Numbered from the stretch's first letter, positions 1-9,625 are shown. The stretch: DNA of 63,045 nt from Oscillospiraceae bacterium (GCA_017445985.1 JAFSRS010000008.1:1-63045); one strand, 5' to 3'. The notes: generated by a model from the sequence alone, not told the origin. Made by a program: numbers and translations.

Positions 1-1091
1 GCACCGAGATCCTGAAAATGCTCTACCGCGAGAACGAGATCCTGATCTTCGACGAGCCCACCGCGGTGCTGACGCCGCAGGAGATCGAGGAGCTCATGGT
101 CATCATGAAGAACCTCGCGAAGGAGGGCAAGAGCATCCTGTTCATCTCCCACAAGCTGGCGGAGATCATGGCGGTGGCCGACCGCTGCTCCGTGCTCCGC
201 AAGGGCAAGTACATCGGTACCGTCGAGACGAAGAACTCCTCCATGGAGGAGCTCAGCGCGATGATGGTGGGCCGCAACGTCAACTTCCACGTGGAGAAGA
301 AGCCCGCGAAGCCCGGCGAGACCGTGCTGGACATCGAGCATATGTCCGTCGCCAGCAGGCTGCACAAAAAGGACGCGGTCCACGACGTGTCGCTGAAGGT
401 CCGCCGCGGCGAGATCGTCTGCATCGCGGGCATCGACGGAAACGGCCAGAGCGAGTTCGTCTACGGCCTGAGCGGTCTGGAGCCCCTGCGCGAGGGCAAG
501 ATCATCCTCGACGGCGAGGACGTGACCAAGACCAGCATCCGCCAGCGCTCCATCCTGGGCATGAGCCACATCCCGGAGGACCGCCACAAGCACGGCCTGG
601 TGCTGGACTACTCCCTGGAGGACAACATGGTGCTCCAGCGCTACTTTGAGCCGGAGTTCACCAGCAAGGCGGGCTTCCTCCGCCGGGACAACATCCGCAA
701 GTACGCCGAGCGTCTGATCGAGGACTACGACGTGCGTTCCGGTCAGGGCCCCGTGACCCCCGCCCGCGCGATGTCCGGCGGCAACCAGCAGAAGGCCATC
801 ATCGCCCGCGAGATCGACAAGGCGCCCGAGCTGCTGATCGCGGTCCAGCCGACCCGCGGCCTGGACGTCGGCGCCATCGAGTTCGTCCATAAGAAGCTGG
901 TGGAGCAGCGCGACGCCGGGAAGGCGGTCCTGCTCATCAGCCTGGAGCTTGACGAGGTCATGGACGTGCCCGACCGCATCCTCGTGATGTACGAGGGCGA
1001 GATCGTCGGCGAGCTCGACCCGAAAAAGACCACGCAGGAGGAGCTGGGCCTCTACATGGCCGGCGCGAAGAGGGATGAGGTGAAAGCATGA
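1..1091 (+). CDS. ABC transporter ATP-binding protein with two fused NBDs (BMP/nucleoside-sugar importer type); 5' end cut by window edge
   Basis: Frame is open from position 1. NBD1 Walker B ILIFDEPTAVL; NBD2 P-loop GIDGNGQSE, signature MSGGNQQK, LLIAVQPTRGLD. ATGA overlap with the next gene. Confidence 0.9.
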   Translation, partial: TEILKMLYRENEILIFDEPTAVLTPQEIEELMVIMKNLAKEGKSILFISHKLAEIMAVADRCSVLRKGKYIGTVETKNSSMEELSAMMVGRNVNFHVEKKPAKPGETVLDIEHMSVASRLHKKDAVHDVSLKVRRGEIVCIAGIDGNGQSEFVYGLSGLEPLREGKIILDGEDVTKTSIRQRSILGMSHIPEDRHKHGLVLDYSLEDNMVLQRYFEPEFTSKAGFLRRDNIRKYAERLIEDYDVRSGQGPVTPARAMSGGNQQKAIIAREIDKAPELLIAVQPTRGLDVGAIEFVHKKLVEQRDAGKAVLLISLELDEVMDVPDRILVMYEGEIVGELDPKKTTQEELGLYMAGAKRDEVKA

Positions 1092-2221
1092 GAAATCTGT
1101 TGAAGCGCAAGGGCGTTCAGTCGCTGATCGCCTCGCTGCTGTGCATCGTGCTCGGCCTGCTGCTGGGTTATATCGTCCTGCTGTTCATCAACCCGGCCGG
1201 CGCGGGCCAGGCGATCCTGGCGGTCGTCAAGAACTTCATGAACTACTCCAAGGCGAACCTGCAGATCAAGAACTTCGGCAACACGCTGGTCAAGACCGCG
1301 CCGCTGCTGATGTGTTCCCTGAGCGTTCTCTTCTGCTACAAGGTGGGCCTGTTCAACATCGGCGTCGCCGGTCAGTACGTGATCGGCACCTGCGGCTGCC
1401 TCTACGCGGCCCTGGCCTGGCACTGGAGCTGGCTGCCCTGCCTGCTCTTCGCCATCTGCCTCGGCGCGCTTTCCGGCTGCATCGTCGGCCTGCTGAAGGC
1501 CTACGGCAACGTGAACGAGGTCATCTCCGGCATCATGCTCAACTGGATCACCCTCTACGGAACGAACATGCTCCTGAGCAACGTCAAGGATTCCGCGAGT
1601 CCCTACACGATCCACCTGAAGGACGCCGCGCCCCAGGCCATCCTGCCGAGCCTCGGCCTTGGCAATCTGTTCAACAAGAACCAGTACGTCTCCATCGCGA
1701 TCCCGCTGGCGATCATCCTGGCGATCATCGTCATGGTGGTGCTGGACAAGACCCGCTTCGGCTATGAGCTCCGCGCCACCGGCAACAACAAGAACGCCGC
1801 GAAGTACGCGGGCATGGCGGAGAAGCGCAACATCATCCTGACTCTGATGATCGGCGGCGCCCTCGCCGCCCTCGGCGGGGCCCTGCTGTACCAGACCGAC
1901 TACGAGCAGTGGCAGGTCACGGCCTCCAGCGTCCCCGGCATGGGCTTCAACGGCATCGCCGCGGCCTTCCTCGGCGGCCTGAACCCCATCGGCGCGATCT
2001 TCTCCAGCTACTTCATTCAGCACATCACCGTGGGCGGCGCCTTCGTCGATAAGACGATGTACGCCTCCCAGATCTCCGACCTGATCAGCTCGATCATCAT
2101 CTACCTCTGCGGCTTCGTGCTCTTCATCAAGCACGCGATCAACACCGGCCTGATCCGCGGCGAGGACAAGCGCAAGGCGAAACAGGCGGCTGCCGAGGCC
2201 GGGAAAGGAGGCGACAAGTAA
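1088..2221 (+). CDS. ABC transporter permease (BMP-family importer, YufP-like)
   Basis: 377-aa polytopic hydrophobic protein. Translationally coupled to the ATPase upstream and the second permease downstream. Confidence 0.85.
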   Translation: MRNLLKRKGVQSLIASLLCIVLGLLLGYIVLLFINPAGAGQAILAVVKNFMNYSKANLQIKNFGNTLVKTAPLLMCSLSVLFCYKVGLFNIGVAGQYVIGTCGCLYAALAWHWSWLPCLLFAICLGALSGCIVGLLKAYGNVNEVISGIMLNWITLYGTNMLLSNVKDSASPYTIHLKDAAPQAILPSLGLGNLFNKNQYVSIAIPLAIILAIIVMVVLDKTRFGYELRATGNNKNAAKYAGMAEKRNIILTLMIGGALAALGGALLYQTDYEQWQVTASSVPGMGFNGIAAAFLGGLNPIGAIFSSYFIQHITVGGAFVDKTMYASQISDLISSIIIYLCGFVLFIKHAINTGLIRGEDKRKAKQAAAEAGKGGDK

Positions 2222-3162
2222 TGCTGCTTCTGCTGCAATACACTCTGATCTTCTCGTCCGTGCTGCTCCTCGTCGCCCTGGGCGGCTGCTTCTCGGAGCA
2301 CTCCGGCGTGATCAACCTCGGTCTGGAGGGCATCATGGTCATCGGCGCCCTGGGCGGCGCGCTGATGATGCGCTACCTGCCCGCTGACATGCCCGGCCTC
2401 CTGATGGTGCTGATCGTCCTGCTGGGCGCTGTGGTCTTCGGCGTGGCCTATTCCGCGCTGCTGGCCGTCGCCAGCATCAACTTCAAGGCCGACCAGACCA
2501 TCGTCGGCACCGCGCTGAACATGCTGGGCGTCGCGGGCGCCACGGTGCTGGTGAAGGCCATCAACACCGCCGCCAACCCCGACGACGTGAGCAGCATCAT
2601 CCAGTACGTCGAGCCGAAGAAGAACTTCCTCGTGAACCTCGGCGGCTTTGAGTTCAACTGGTTCATGCTGGTCGCAGTCATCATGCTGATCGTCGCCTAC
2701 GTCGTGCTCTACAAGACCCGCTTCGGCCTCCGCCTGATGGCCTGCGGCGAGCATCCCCAGGCCGCGGCCAGCGTCGGCATCGACGTGCTGAAGATGCGCT
2801 GGGCGGGCGTCCTGATCTCCGGCGCTTACGGCGGCCTCGGCGGCATCTGCTACATCCTCGCGGGCGTCAGCGAGTGGCGCTTCGAGTACGGCGTCGCCGG
2901 CTTCGGCTTCCTGTCCCTCGCGGTCATGATCTTCGGCCAGTGGAAGCCCACCCGCATCGCGCTGGCGGCCCTTCTCTTCGGCCTGCTCCGCGCGCTGAGC
3001 AACGTCTACGCGGCCTTCGACTTCCTCAAGAACCTGAATATCCCCGGCAGCATCTACAACATGATGCCCTATATCATCTGCCTGGTCGTCCTGGCCTTCA
3101 CCTCCAAGAAGTCCAGAGCCCCCAAGGCCGAGGGTATTCCCTACGACAAGGGAATGCGGTAG
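2221..3162 (+). CDS. ABC transporter permease (BMP-family importer, YufQ-like)
   Basis: 313-aa polytopic membrane protein. Its start overlaps the previous stop (TAATG). Confidence 0.85.
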   Translation: MLLLLQYTLIFSSVLLLVALGGCFSEHSGVINLGLEGIMVIGALGGALMMRYLPADMPGLLMVLIVLLGAVVFGVAYSALLAVASINFKADQTIVGTALNMLGVAGATVLVKAINTAANPDDVSSIIQYVEPKKNFLVNLGGFEFNWFMLVAVIMLIVAYVVLYKTRFGLRLMACGEHPQAAASVGIDVLKMRWAGVLISGAYGGLGGICYILAGVSEWRFEYGVAGFGFLSLAVMIFGQWKPTRIALAALLFGLLRALSNVYAAFDFLKNLNIPGSIYNMMPYIICLVVLAFTSKKSRAPKAEGIPYDKGMR

Positions 3163-3180
3163 TATTTCAATCCCGAAACG

Positions 3181-3217
3181 AATCACCCGCCGCCGGTGCG
3201 GCGGGTGATTGTTTCTG
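3181..3217 (+). terminator. intrinsic terminator after the ABC importer operon
   Basis: AATCACCCGCCGC-CGGT-GCGGCGGGTGATT, a 13-bp perfect stem, followed by GTTTCTG. Confidence 0.7.
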
Positions 3218-3235
3218 AGAAAAGGAGAAAATTCC

Positions 3236-3733
3236 ATGATCCATACTTTTCAAGGCATGACCCCCGAAATCGCCGAGGGCGTCTTCGTCGCGGACAGCGC
3301 GGACGTGATCGGCGACGTCAAGATTGGCAAGGGCAGCTCGGTCTGGTTCGGCGCCGTGATCCGGGGCGACAGCGCCAGTATCACCATCGGTGAGCGGACC
3401 AGCGTACAGGACAACGCGACCCTCCATTGTGATGATCCCCTGACGATCGGAAACAACGTTACGATCGGGCACAACGCCATTGTCCATTGCAGAAGCGTCG
3501 GCAACTTCACAATGATCGGCATGGGCGCGCGCGTGCTCGCCGGCGCGGTCGTCGGGAGCAACTGCGTGATCGGCGCGGGCGCGGTGGTAAAGGAGAACGC
3601 CGTCGTGCCGGACAACACGATGATGGTCGGCATCCCGGCCAAGGCCATCCGGACCCTGGAGCCGGGCTGCGTGGAGTCCATGGACCTGCACAACCACTAT
3701 GAGGAGCTGGCAGGCAAGTATGACGGAAAGTGA
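3236..3733 (+). CDS. gamma carbonic anhydrase-like / left-handed beta-helix (hexapeptide repeat) protein
   Basis: MIHTFQGMTPEI N-terminus typical of the YrdA/PaaY family. Hexapeptide repeats (IGDVKIGKGSSVWFGAVIRGD...). AAGGAG RBS 8 nt upstream of ATG 3236. Confidence 0.85.
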   Translation: MIHTFQGMTPEIAEGVFVADSADVIGDVKIGKGSSVWFGAVIRGDSASITIGERTSVQDNATLHCDDPLTIGNNVTIGHNAIVHCRSVGNFTMIGMGARVLAGAVVGSNCVIGAGAVVKENAVVPDNTMMVGIPAKAIRTLEPGCVESMDLHNHYEELAGKYDGK

Positions 3734-3775
3734 CCTCTGCGCGTAGGCTCCTCTGTCGAAATCCTTCGATTGTTG

Positions 3776-3804
3776 TTGACAAATTGGATGACGAAGCGCA
3801 TAAT
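3776..3804 (+). promoter_or_regulatory. sigma-A-type promoter candidate for the JAB-LysM gene
   Basis: TTGACA (3776-3781), 17-nt spacer, CATAAT (3799-3804). Confidence 0.5.
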
Positions 3805-3862
3805 ACCACTATATATAGGATCGAAGCAGATTTACAGAGAATGGCAGGGAGGTACACAAACC

Positions 3863-5053
3863 ATGAGCCAGACCGGCGAGCTTGAAAAGAACGGCGCGCG
3901 GGACGCAGCTGACGACGTGATCCCGGCAAACGCATTCTGCGTCGGGGAGATCGGAGCGGGTGACGTCCGGGTCTATCTCCATCAGGACGTGTACAACGCG
4001 CTGGAATCCTACTCCAGGGAAGGGAACGCCCGCGACCGCGGCGCGATCCTGCTGGGCCAGTACCGGGAGGATTCCGGAAAGCTCCACGTGCTGATCTCCG
4101 GCTGCGTCGAAGCCAAATACGCCGATACCACCGGGGGCGTCCTGCGTTTCACCCAGGAGACCTGGGATTACGTCCAGCGTGTGCGGACCCTGAAGCACCC
4201 CGACAAGTGGATCGTCGGCTGGGAGCACAGCCAGCCGGGCAGGGGCCTGATCCTCTCCGACCACGACCGCCAGCTCCACGCCGATTACTTTGAGCTGCCC
4301 TTCCAGTTGGTCTATCTGATCGACCCGGAGCAGAAGCAGCGCGGCTTCTATCAGTGGCAGGGCGGCAGTCTCTCCGAGCTCAACGGCTTCTACGTATACG
4401 ACGAGCCCGGAAAGACGATCAAGCTGCGGCAGGCCGCGGAGAGGGCGAACAGAAGCGCGGCCGTCGCGGCGGGCGCGGGAGCGGCGGCAGCCGAGGGGGC
4501 TGCGGAGACGCCGCAGAACGGCTCGGCCCGTTCGATGCTCTCCGTCGCGGTGATCCTGGCGCTGCTGATCGCGGTGGCCGCGCTGGCGATCAGCCTGGCC
4601 ATGCGGAAGAACGTCCAGGACCAGAACACGCAGCTCGCGGCCCAGAGCAGCCGTCAGGCGGAGATCGAGGCGCAGCTCTCCGGTACGGAGGGCGACGGCG
4701 ATCTGCAGGCGACGCTGGCGGACGTGATGGCCCTGCTCACCGAGCACCAGAACACGATCGAGCGCCAGCAGCAGACGATCGAGGCGCTTCAGAACGAGCT
4801 GGGGCAGGGCGGAGGCAGCGGCACGGCGACGCCCACGACGACGCCCACCCCGACTCCGACGCCCGCGGCGACGACGACCGACGATTCGCCCTATCTGACC
4901 TACACGGTCAAGGCCGGCGACACGCTGATGAAGATCTGCAACAATCTCGGCGTGAGCTATCTGGACCACAAGGACGAGATCCTGCAGCTCAACAACATCA
5001 CGAACGAAAACTTCATCATCGTCGGCGCGACCTATCGTTTCCCGAAGCCCTGA
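3863..5053 (+). CDS. membrane protein: N-terminal JAB/MPN-like domain, one TM helix, coiled coil, Thr/Pro linker, C-terminal LysM
   Basis: GGGAGG RBS before ATG 3863. WEHSQPGRGLILSDHD fits the JAMM spacing HxHPx6Sx2D with Gln at the second His. TM MLSVAVILALLIAVAALAISLAM. TPTTTPTPTPTP linker. LysM YTVKAGDTLMKICNNLGVSY...GATYRFP. Confidence 0.65.
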   Translation: MSQTGELEKNGARDAADDVIPANAFCVGEIGAGDVRVYLHQDVYNALESYSREGNARDRGAILLGQYREDSGKLHVLISGCVEAKYADTTGGVLRFTQETWDYVQRVRTLKHPDKWIVGWEHSQPGRGLILSDHDRQLHADYFELPFQLVYLIDPEQKQRGFYQWQGGSLSELNGFYVYDEPGKTIKLRQAAERANRSAAVAAGAGAAAAEGAAETPQNGSARSMLSVAVILALLIAVAALAISLAMRKNVQDQNTQLAAQSSRQAEIEAQLSGTEGDGDLQATLADVMALLTEHQNTIERQQQTIEALQNELGQGGGSGTATPTTTPTPTPTPAATTTDDSPYLTYTVKAGDTLMKICNNLGVSYLDHKDEILQLNNITNENFIIVGATYRFPKP

Positions 5054-5059
5054 CGAACC

Positions 5060-5098
5060 AAAAAAATCCCGCTTCCAAAACGGAAGCGGGATTTTTTT
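5060..5098. terminator. bidirectional intrinsic terminator between convergent genes
   Basis: A-run, stem ATCCCGCTTCC / GGAAGCGGGAT, T-run (AAAAAAATCCCGCTTCCAAAACGGAAGCGGGATTTTTTT). Confidence 0.85.
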
Positions 5099-5105
5099 GC
5101 GGATA

Positions 5106-6986
5106 TCAGTCGAGCTTGTTCTGTCCGGTATAGAGCAGGTAGTACCGGCCCTTCTGGGCCAGCAGCTCCTCGTGGGTGCCTTTCTCGATGATCTGTCCGT
5201 GCTCGATCACCACGATGCAGTTCGCGTTGCGGACCGTGCTCAGGCGGTGGGCGATCACGAAGACCGTGCGGCCCTCCATCAGGGCGTCCATGCCCCGCTG
5301 GATGTACTGCTCGGTGCGGGTGTCGATGGAGCTGGTCGCCTCGTCGAGCACCATGACCGGAGGATCAGCCACGGCCGCGCGGGCGATGGCGAGCAACTGG
5401 CGCTGGCCCTGGCTCAGATTCGCGCCGTCGCCGGTGACCATCGTGTTGTAGCCGTCGGGCAGGCGGCGGATGAAGGAATGGGCATTGGCGCTCTTCGCCG
5501 CGGCGATGCACTCCTCGTCGGTGGCGTCCAGCCGTCCGTAGCGGATGTTGTCCATCACGGTGCCGGTGAACAGGTGGGTGTCCTGCAGGACCGCGCCTAG
5601 ACTCTGGCGCAGGGAGTCCTTCTCGATGTCGCGCACGTCGATCCCGTCGTAGGTGATGCGCCCGCCGTTGATCTCGTAGAAGCGGTTGATGAGGTTCGTG
5701 ATCGTGGTCTTGCCCGCGCCGGTGGAGCCGACGAAGGCGATCTTCTGGCCGGGCTTGGCGAACACGTTCACGTCGGTCAAAACCGGCTTGCCCTCCACGT
5801 AGGAGAAGTCCACGTGCTCCAGCCGCACGTCGCCGCGCAGGGGGACAGTGCTTCCGTCCGGCTTGATCCAGACCCAGGAGTGGTTGTCCAGACCGCAGCC
5901 CAGGCGGACCTTTCCCTCGTTGACCTCGGGCTTCGCGTCCATGACCTCGAAGATGCGCTCCGCGCCGGCGAGGGCGCTGAGCAGCGCGGTGAGCTGCTGG
6001 CTGATGCCCTCCAGCGGGCGTCCGATCTGCCGCGCGTAGAGCAGGTAGGCGCCGAGGCCGCCGATGTCGAAGCCCCGCACCAGCGCCAGCAGGCCGCCGA
6101 CCACCGCCGTGACCGCGTAGCCGATGGAGTTCAGGTTCGCGCTGACCGGGAAGATCGCGCCGGAGTAAAAGGCCGCGTCCGTCGCCGCGTCCCGGTAGGC
6201 CTGGTTCAGCTCGTCGAATTCGGAGATCGCCTCATCCTCATGGGTGAAGGCCTTGACGACCTTCAGGCCTTCGATGACCTCCTGGATCTCGCCGTTGACC
6301 TGGCCAAGCGCCGCCTGCTGGCGGCGGAAATGCTTCCGGCTGCGTCCGCCCAGGACCTTGAAGCTGAGCATGTTGAGCGCGAGCATGACCGCCGTGATGA
6401 GGAACAGGATCGGGCTCGTGAACAGCATGACGGCCACGTAGCCGACGAACAGCAGGGTGTTGCTGACAAGGTTGACGAAGCTCTGCTCCATCGCGAAGGA
6501 AACGCTGTCCGCGTCGTTCGTGAAGCGGCTCATCAGCTCGCCGTGGGTGTGCTGGTCGAAGTAAGACAGGGGCAGGCTCTCCAGCGCGTTGAACAGGTCG
6601 CGCCGCAGATGGTTCGCGGCGTTCTGGGCCAGCCGCGCCATCAGATTCGCCTGCGCGTAGGTCGCGGCGCTGCCGCAGACGTAGAGCCCGAACAGGAGCA
6701 GGCAGGATCGCAGCAGGGAAGCCAGCTTCTCGCTCACGGCGGCGTCGGAGACCAGGCCGTTCAGCATCGGGCGCAGCAGATAGGTCCCGCCGACGGAGGC
6801 CAGCGTGTCCACGAGCAGACAGGCAAACACCAGAACGAGGATCCCCTTGCGTGCGGTCAGGTATTTGAGCAGGCGAAGGACGGTCTGCTTCGTGTTCTTC
6901 GGCTTCTGGAAGCCGCCGTGCCGGGGGCCGCCGCCACCGCCTTTGGTTTCGGCGGTTTTGAACTTTTGCTTTTTCGGCTCGTTCAT
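5106..6986 (-). CDS. ABC exporter fused TMD-NBD subunit (heterodimer partner with consensus NBD but LSQGQ signature)
   Basis: Six-helix TMD followed by Walker A GSTGAGKTT, signature LSQGQRQ, Walker B VMVLDEATS, H-loop IAHRLST. Confidence 0.92.
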   Translation of the reverse strand: MNEPKKQKFKTAETKGGGGGPRHGGFQKPKNTKQTVLRLLKYLTARKGILVLVFACLLVDTLASVGGTYLLRPMLNGLVSDAAVSEKLASLLRSCLLLFGLYVCGSAATYAQANLMARLAQNAANHLRRDLFNALESLPLSYFDQHTHGELMSRFTNDADSVSFAMEQSFVNLVSNTLLFVGYVAVMLFTSPILFLITAVMLALNMLSFKVLGGRSRKHFRRQQAALGQVNGEIQEVIEGLKVVKAFTHEDEAISEFDELNQAYRDAATDAAFYSGAIFPVSANLNSIGYAVTAVVGGLLALVRGFDIGGLGAYLLYARQIGRPLEGISQQLTALLSALAGAERIFEVMDAKPEVNEGKVRLGCGLDNHSWVWIKPDGSTVPLRGDVRLEHVDFSYVEGKPVLTDVNVFAKPGQKIAFVGSTGAGKTTITNLINRFYEINGGRITYDGIDVRDIEKDSLRQSLGAVLQDTHLFTGTVMDNIRYGRLDATDEECIAAAKSANAHSFIRRLPDGYNTMVTGDGANLSQGQRQLLAIARAAVADPPVMVLDEATSSIDTRTEQYIQRGMDALMEGRTVFVIAHRLSTVRNANCIVVIEHGQIIEKGTHEELLAQKGRYYLLYTGQNKLD

Positions 6987-8785
6987 TCGCTGATCGCCCC
7001 CTCCCGCTGAGAATTGCAGATCTCCTGGTAGACCGCGCAGCTTTCTACCAGCTCCTCATGGGTGCCGAGACCGCAGACGTGGTCGTCCTCCAGTACCACG
7101 ATCTTGTCGGCATAGCGCACCGAGGAGATGCGCTGGGCGATGATGATGACGGTGGTATCCTTCAGATTTTCGGAGAAGCTCTTGCGGATCGCGGCCTCCG
7201 TCGCGCTGTCCACCGCGCTGGTGGAGTCGTCCAGGATCAGAATGGAGGGATGTCGCAGCATGGCCCGCGCGATGCAGAGGCGCTGCTTCTGCCCGCCGGA
7301 GACGTTCACGCCGCCCTGCTCGATCTCGGTGTCGAAGCCCTCCGGCCGCGCCATGATGAAGTCGTAGGCCTGCGCGTCCCGCGCGGCCCGTTCGATCTCG
7401 GCGTCGGTGGCGTCGGGCTTGCCCCAGAGCAGGTTTTCCTTCATCGTTCCGGTGAACAGGACGTTCTTTTGCAGCACCATGCCGATGCGCTCACGCAGAG
7501 CGTGGATCGGATAGTCCCGCACGTCCACGCCGTCCACCAGCACCTGACCGTCGGTCACGTCGTAAAAGCGGGGGATCAGGTTCACCAGGGAGCTCTTCCC
7601 GACGCCGGTGCCGCCGACGATGGCGACGAACTCGCCCGGCTCGATCGTCAGGTCGATCTTGTGCAGCACGTCGTCGCCGCTGCCGGACGCGTCGTACTTG
7701 AAGCTGACACCGCGGAACTCCACCTTCCCCCGCGCTTCGGGGAGCTCGGCGGGCACGGCGGGATCGCTGAGGTTCGGCTCATGCTCCAAGACCTCGTTGA
7801 TACGGTCCGCGCTGGCCCGGGCACGGGTCAGGGTCAGCAGCGTGAAGGCCAGCATCATCACGCTCATGAGGATGTTCGTGATGTAACTGATGAAGGAGTA
7901 CAGCTCGCCGGTCAGCAGCGTCCCGTGGATCACGAAGCGCCCGCCGATGTACAGCACCAGCACGAGCGAGACGTTGAAGGAGAGCATCATGATCGGCTGC
8001 ATCAGAACGACGGTGGTGACGGCCTTGATGCCCGCGTCGCGCAGCTCGTCGTTGCTGCGGGCGAACTTGGTCTTTTCATATCCCTCGCGCACGAAGGCCT
8101 TGACCACGCGGATCGCGATCAGGTTCTCCTGTACGGAGTTGTTCAGCCCGTCGATCCGCTTCTGGAAGGTTTCAAACAGCTTATGGGCCGCCCGCATGAT
8201 CATCGCGATGCCGAAGGCCATCAGCGGTACGACGACGAACAGCACGATGGTCAGCTTCGCGTTGATCGAGAAGCAGATCACCAGCGCCACGATCATCATC
8301 ACCGGCGCGCGCACCAGCATCCGCAGGCCCATGTTGAAGGTCTGCTGGATGTTGTTCACGTCGTTGGTCAGACGGGTGATGAGGGAGGCGGAGGAGAACT
8401 GGTCGATGTCCGCGAAGGAGAACTCCTGCGTCCGGTTGAACAGCGCCCGGCGGAGGTTGTAGCCGAGGCCCTGGCTGGCGACCGCGCCGAAGCGGAAGCT
8501 CAGCACGCCCACCAGAATGCTCAGCAGCGCCAGTGTGACCATGATGATCCCAATGGCGAGGATGTAGTTGAAGCCGTCGCGTCCCATCAGGTCCGTGACG
8601 CCGAGGGCCCGCAGCGGCGCGGCCAGGTTCTCGTTTGGAGCCGCGTCGTGGTTGATGCCCACGTCGATGACCTCGCTCATCAGCCGGGGGAGGATGAGCT
8701 GGAACACCGTCTCGAAGAACATCAGCAGCGGCGCCAGGATCGCCGCAGCGCCGTAGCCGCGGACGTAGCGTAACAGTTTGCGCAT
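6983..8785 (-). CDS. ABC exporter fused TMD-NBD subunit (heterodimer partner with degenerate NBD)
   Basis: Walker A GGTGVGKSS, signature VSGGQKQR, Walker B ILILDDSTS (Asp in place of the catalytic Glu), H-loop IAQRISS. 4-nt overlap with the downstream partner. Confidence 0.92.
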   Translation of the reverse strand: MRKLLRYVRGYGAAAILAPLLMFFETVFQLILPRLMSEVIDVGINHDAAPNENLAAPLRALGVTDLMGRDGFNYILAIGIIMVTLALLSILVGVLSFRFGAVASQGLGYNLRRALFNRTQEFSFADIDQFSSASLITRLTNDVNNIQQTFNMGLRMLVRAPVMMIVALVICFSINAKLTIVLFVVVPLMAFGIAMIMRAAHKLFETFQKRIDGLNNSVQENLIAIRVVKAFVREGYEKTKFARSNDELRDAGIKAVTTVVLMQPIMMLSFNVSLVLVLYIGGRFVIHGTLLTGELYSFISYITNILMSVMMLAFTLLTLTRARASADRINEVLEHEPNLSDPAVPAELPEARGKVEFRGVSFKYDASGSGDDVLHKIDLTIEPGEFVAIVGGTGVGKSSLVNLIPRFYDVTDGQVLVDGVDVRDYPIHALRERIGMVLQKNVLFTGTMKENLLWGKPDATDAEIERAARDAQAYDFIMARPEGFDTEIEQGGVNVSGGQKQRLCIARAMLRHPSILILDDSTSAVDSATEAAIRKSFSENLKDTTVIIIAQRISSVRYADKIVVLEDDHVCGLGTHEELVESCAVYQEICNSQREGAISE

Positions 8786-8826
8786 CTTGCCTGAATCACT
8801 TCCAATTCCAAAAAAATAACTCTTTT

Positions 8827-8855
8827 ATTTTAATCTGCTAAAGAATGGAAGTCAA
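8827..8855 (-). promoter_or_regulatory. sigma-A-type promoter candidate for the ABC exporter operon
   Basis: On the - strand: TTGACT, 17-nt spacer, TAAAAT. + strand AGTCAA at 8850-8855 and ATTTTA at 8827-8832. Confidence 0.5.
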
Positions 8856-8899
8856 GCGGGCGGCGGACAATTCATAGTTCGTTCATATTTTAAATAGAC

Positions 8900-8929
8900 T
8901 TGACACTTTATGTGCGAGGGGTATACAAT
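8900..8929 (+). promoter_or_regulatory. sigma-A-type promoter candidate for lepB
   Basis: TTGACA at 8900-8905, then TACAAT at 8924-8929 (18-nt spacer) or TATACA (16-nt spacer). Confidence 0.45.
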
Positions 8930-8959
8930 AAAGCGTTATCATACCCGGGGAGGGATACC

Positions 8960-9622
8960 ATGAACGAACAAGAGGAACGCGGATTGGATATGCAGAAGCC
9001 CGTCGCGCCGGACGCCGCGCCGCCGGAGACCGTGCAGCCGGAGCCGGAAACGGCGCCGGAGACGCCTTCCGAAGAGACCGATCGGAGCCCGGTGGAGAAG
9101 GTCCCCGGTGAAGGGGCCTTTGAATGGGTGCAGAGCATCGTGTCCGCGCTGGTGGTGTGCATCCTGATCTTTGTCTTTCTCTGCCGCACGGTGGGCGTCG
9201 TCGGCCCCAGTATGCAGAACACGCTGGTGGAGGGCGACCGCCTGATCGTCAGCAATTTCCTGTACACGCCCAAATACGGCGACATCGTCGTGTTCCGCAA
9301 GACCAGCTTCAAGAACGACGCGATCATCAAGCGCGTGATCGCCACCGAGGGGCAGATCGTGGACATCGACTTTTACGAGGGCGTGGTCTACGTGGACGGC
9401 GTGGCTCTGGACGAGCCTTATACCGCCTCGCCGACCTACGATCCCGAGGATTTCTCCGGCCCGGTCGAGGTGCCGGAGGGCTGCATCTTCGTGATGGGCG
9501 ACAACCGCAACCACTCCACCGACAGCCGCGACGGGCGGATCAGCTGCGTGGACACGCGCTGCGTGATCGGCAAGGCCCTGTTCCGCATCACGCCGATCAG
9601 CAAGTTCGGCGGACTGTACTGA
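8960..9622 (+). CDS. lepB: signal peptidase I
   Basis: GPSMQNTL (catalytic Ser) and IKRVIA (Lys) motifs, GDNRNHSTDSR box. GGGGAGGG RBS before ATG 8960. Acidic/Pro-rich N-terminal extension. Confidence 0.92.
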   Translation: MNEQEERGLDMQKPVAPDAAPPETVQPEPETAPETPSEETDRSPVEKVPGEGAFEWVQSIVSALVVCILIFVFLCRTVGVVGPSMQNTLVEGDRLIVSNFLYTPKYGDIVVFRKTSFKNDAIIKRVIATEGQIVDIDFYEGVVYVDGVALDEPYTASPTYDPEDFSGPVEVPEGCIFVMGDNRNHSTDSRDGRISCVDTRCVIGKALFRITPISKFGGLY

Positions 9623-9625
9623 GCC

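Noticed and set aside
5814-8773. Two long + strand ORFs (398 aa and 571 aa) opposite the ABC exporter genes
   Set aside because: The - strand frames contain full TMD plus Walker A, signature and Walker B sets. The + strand products are Arg/Ala/Asp/His-rich with no motifs.
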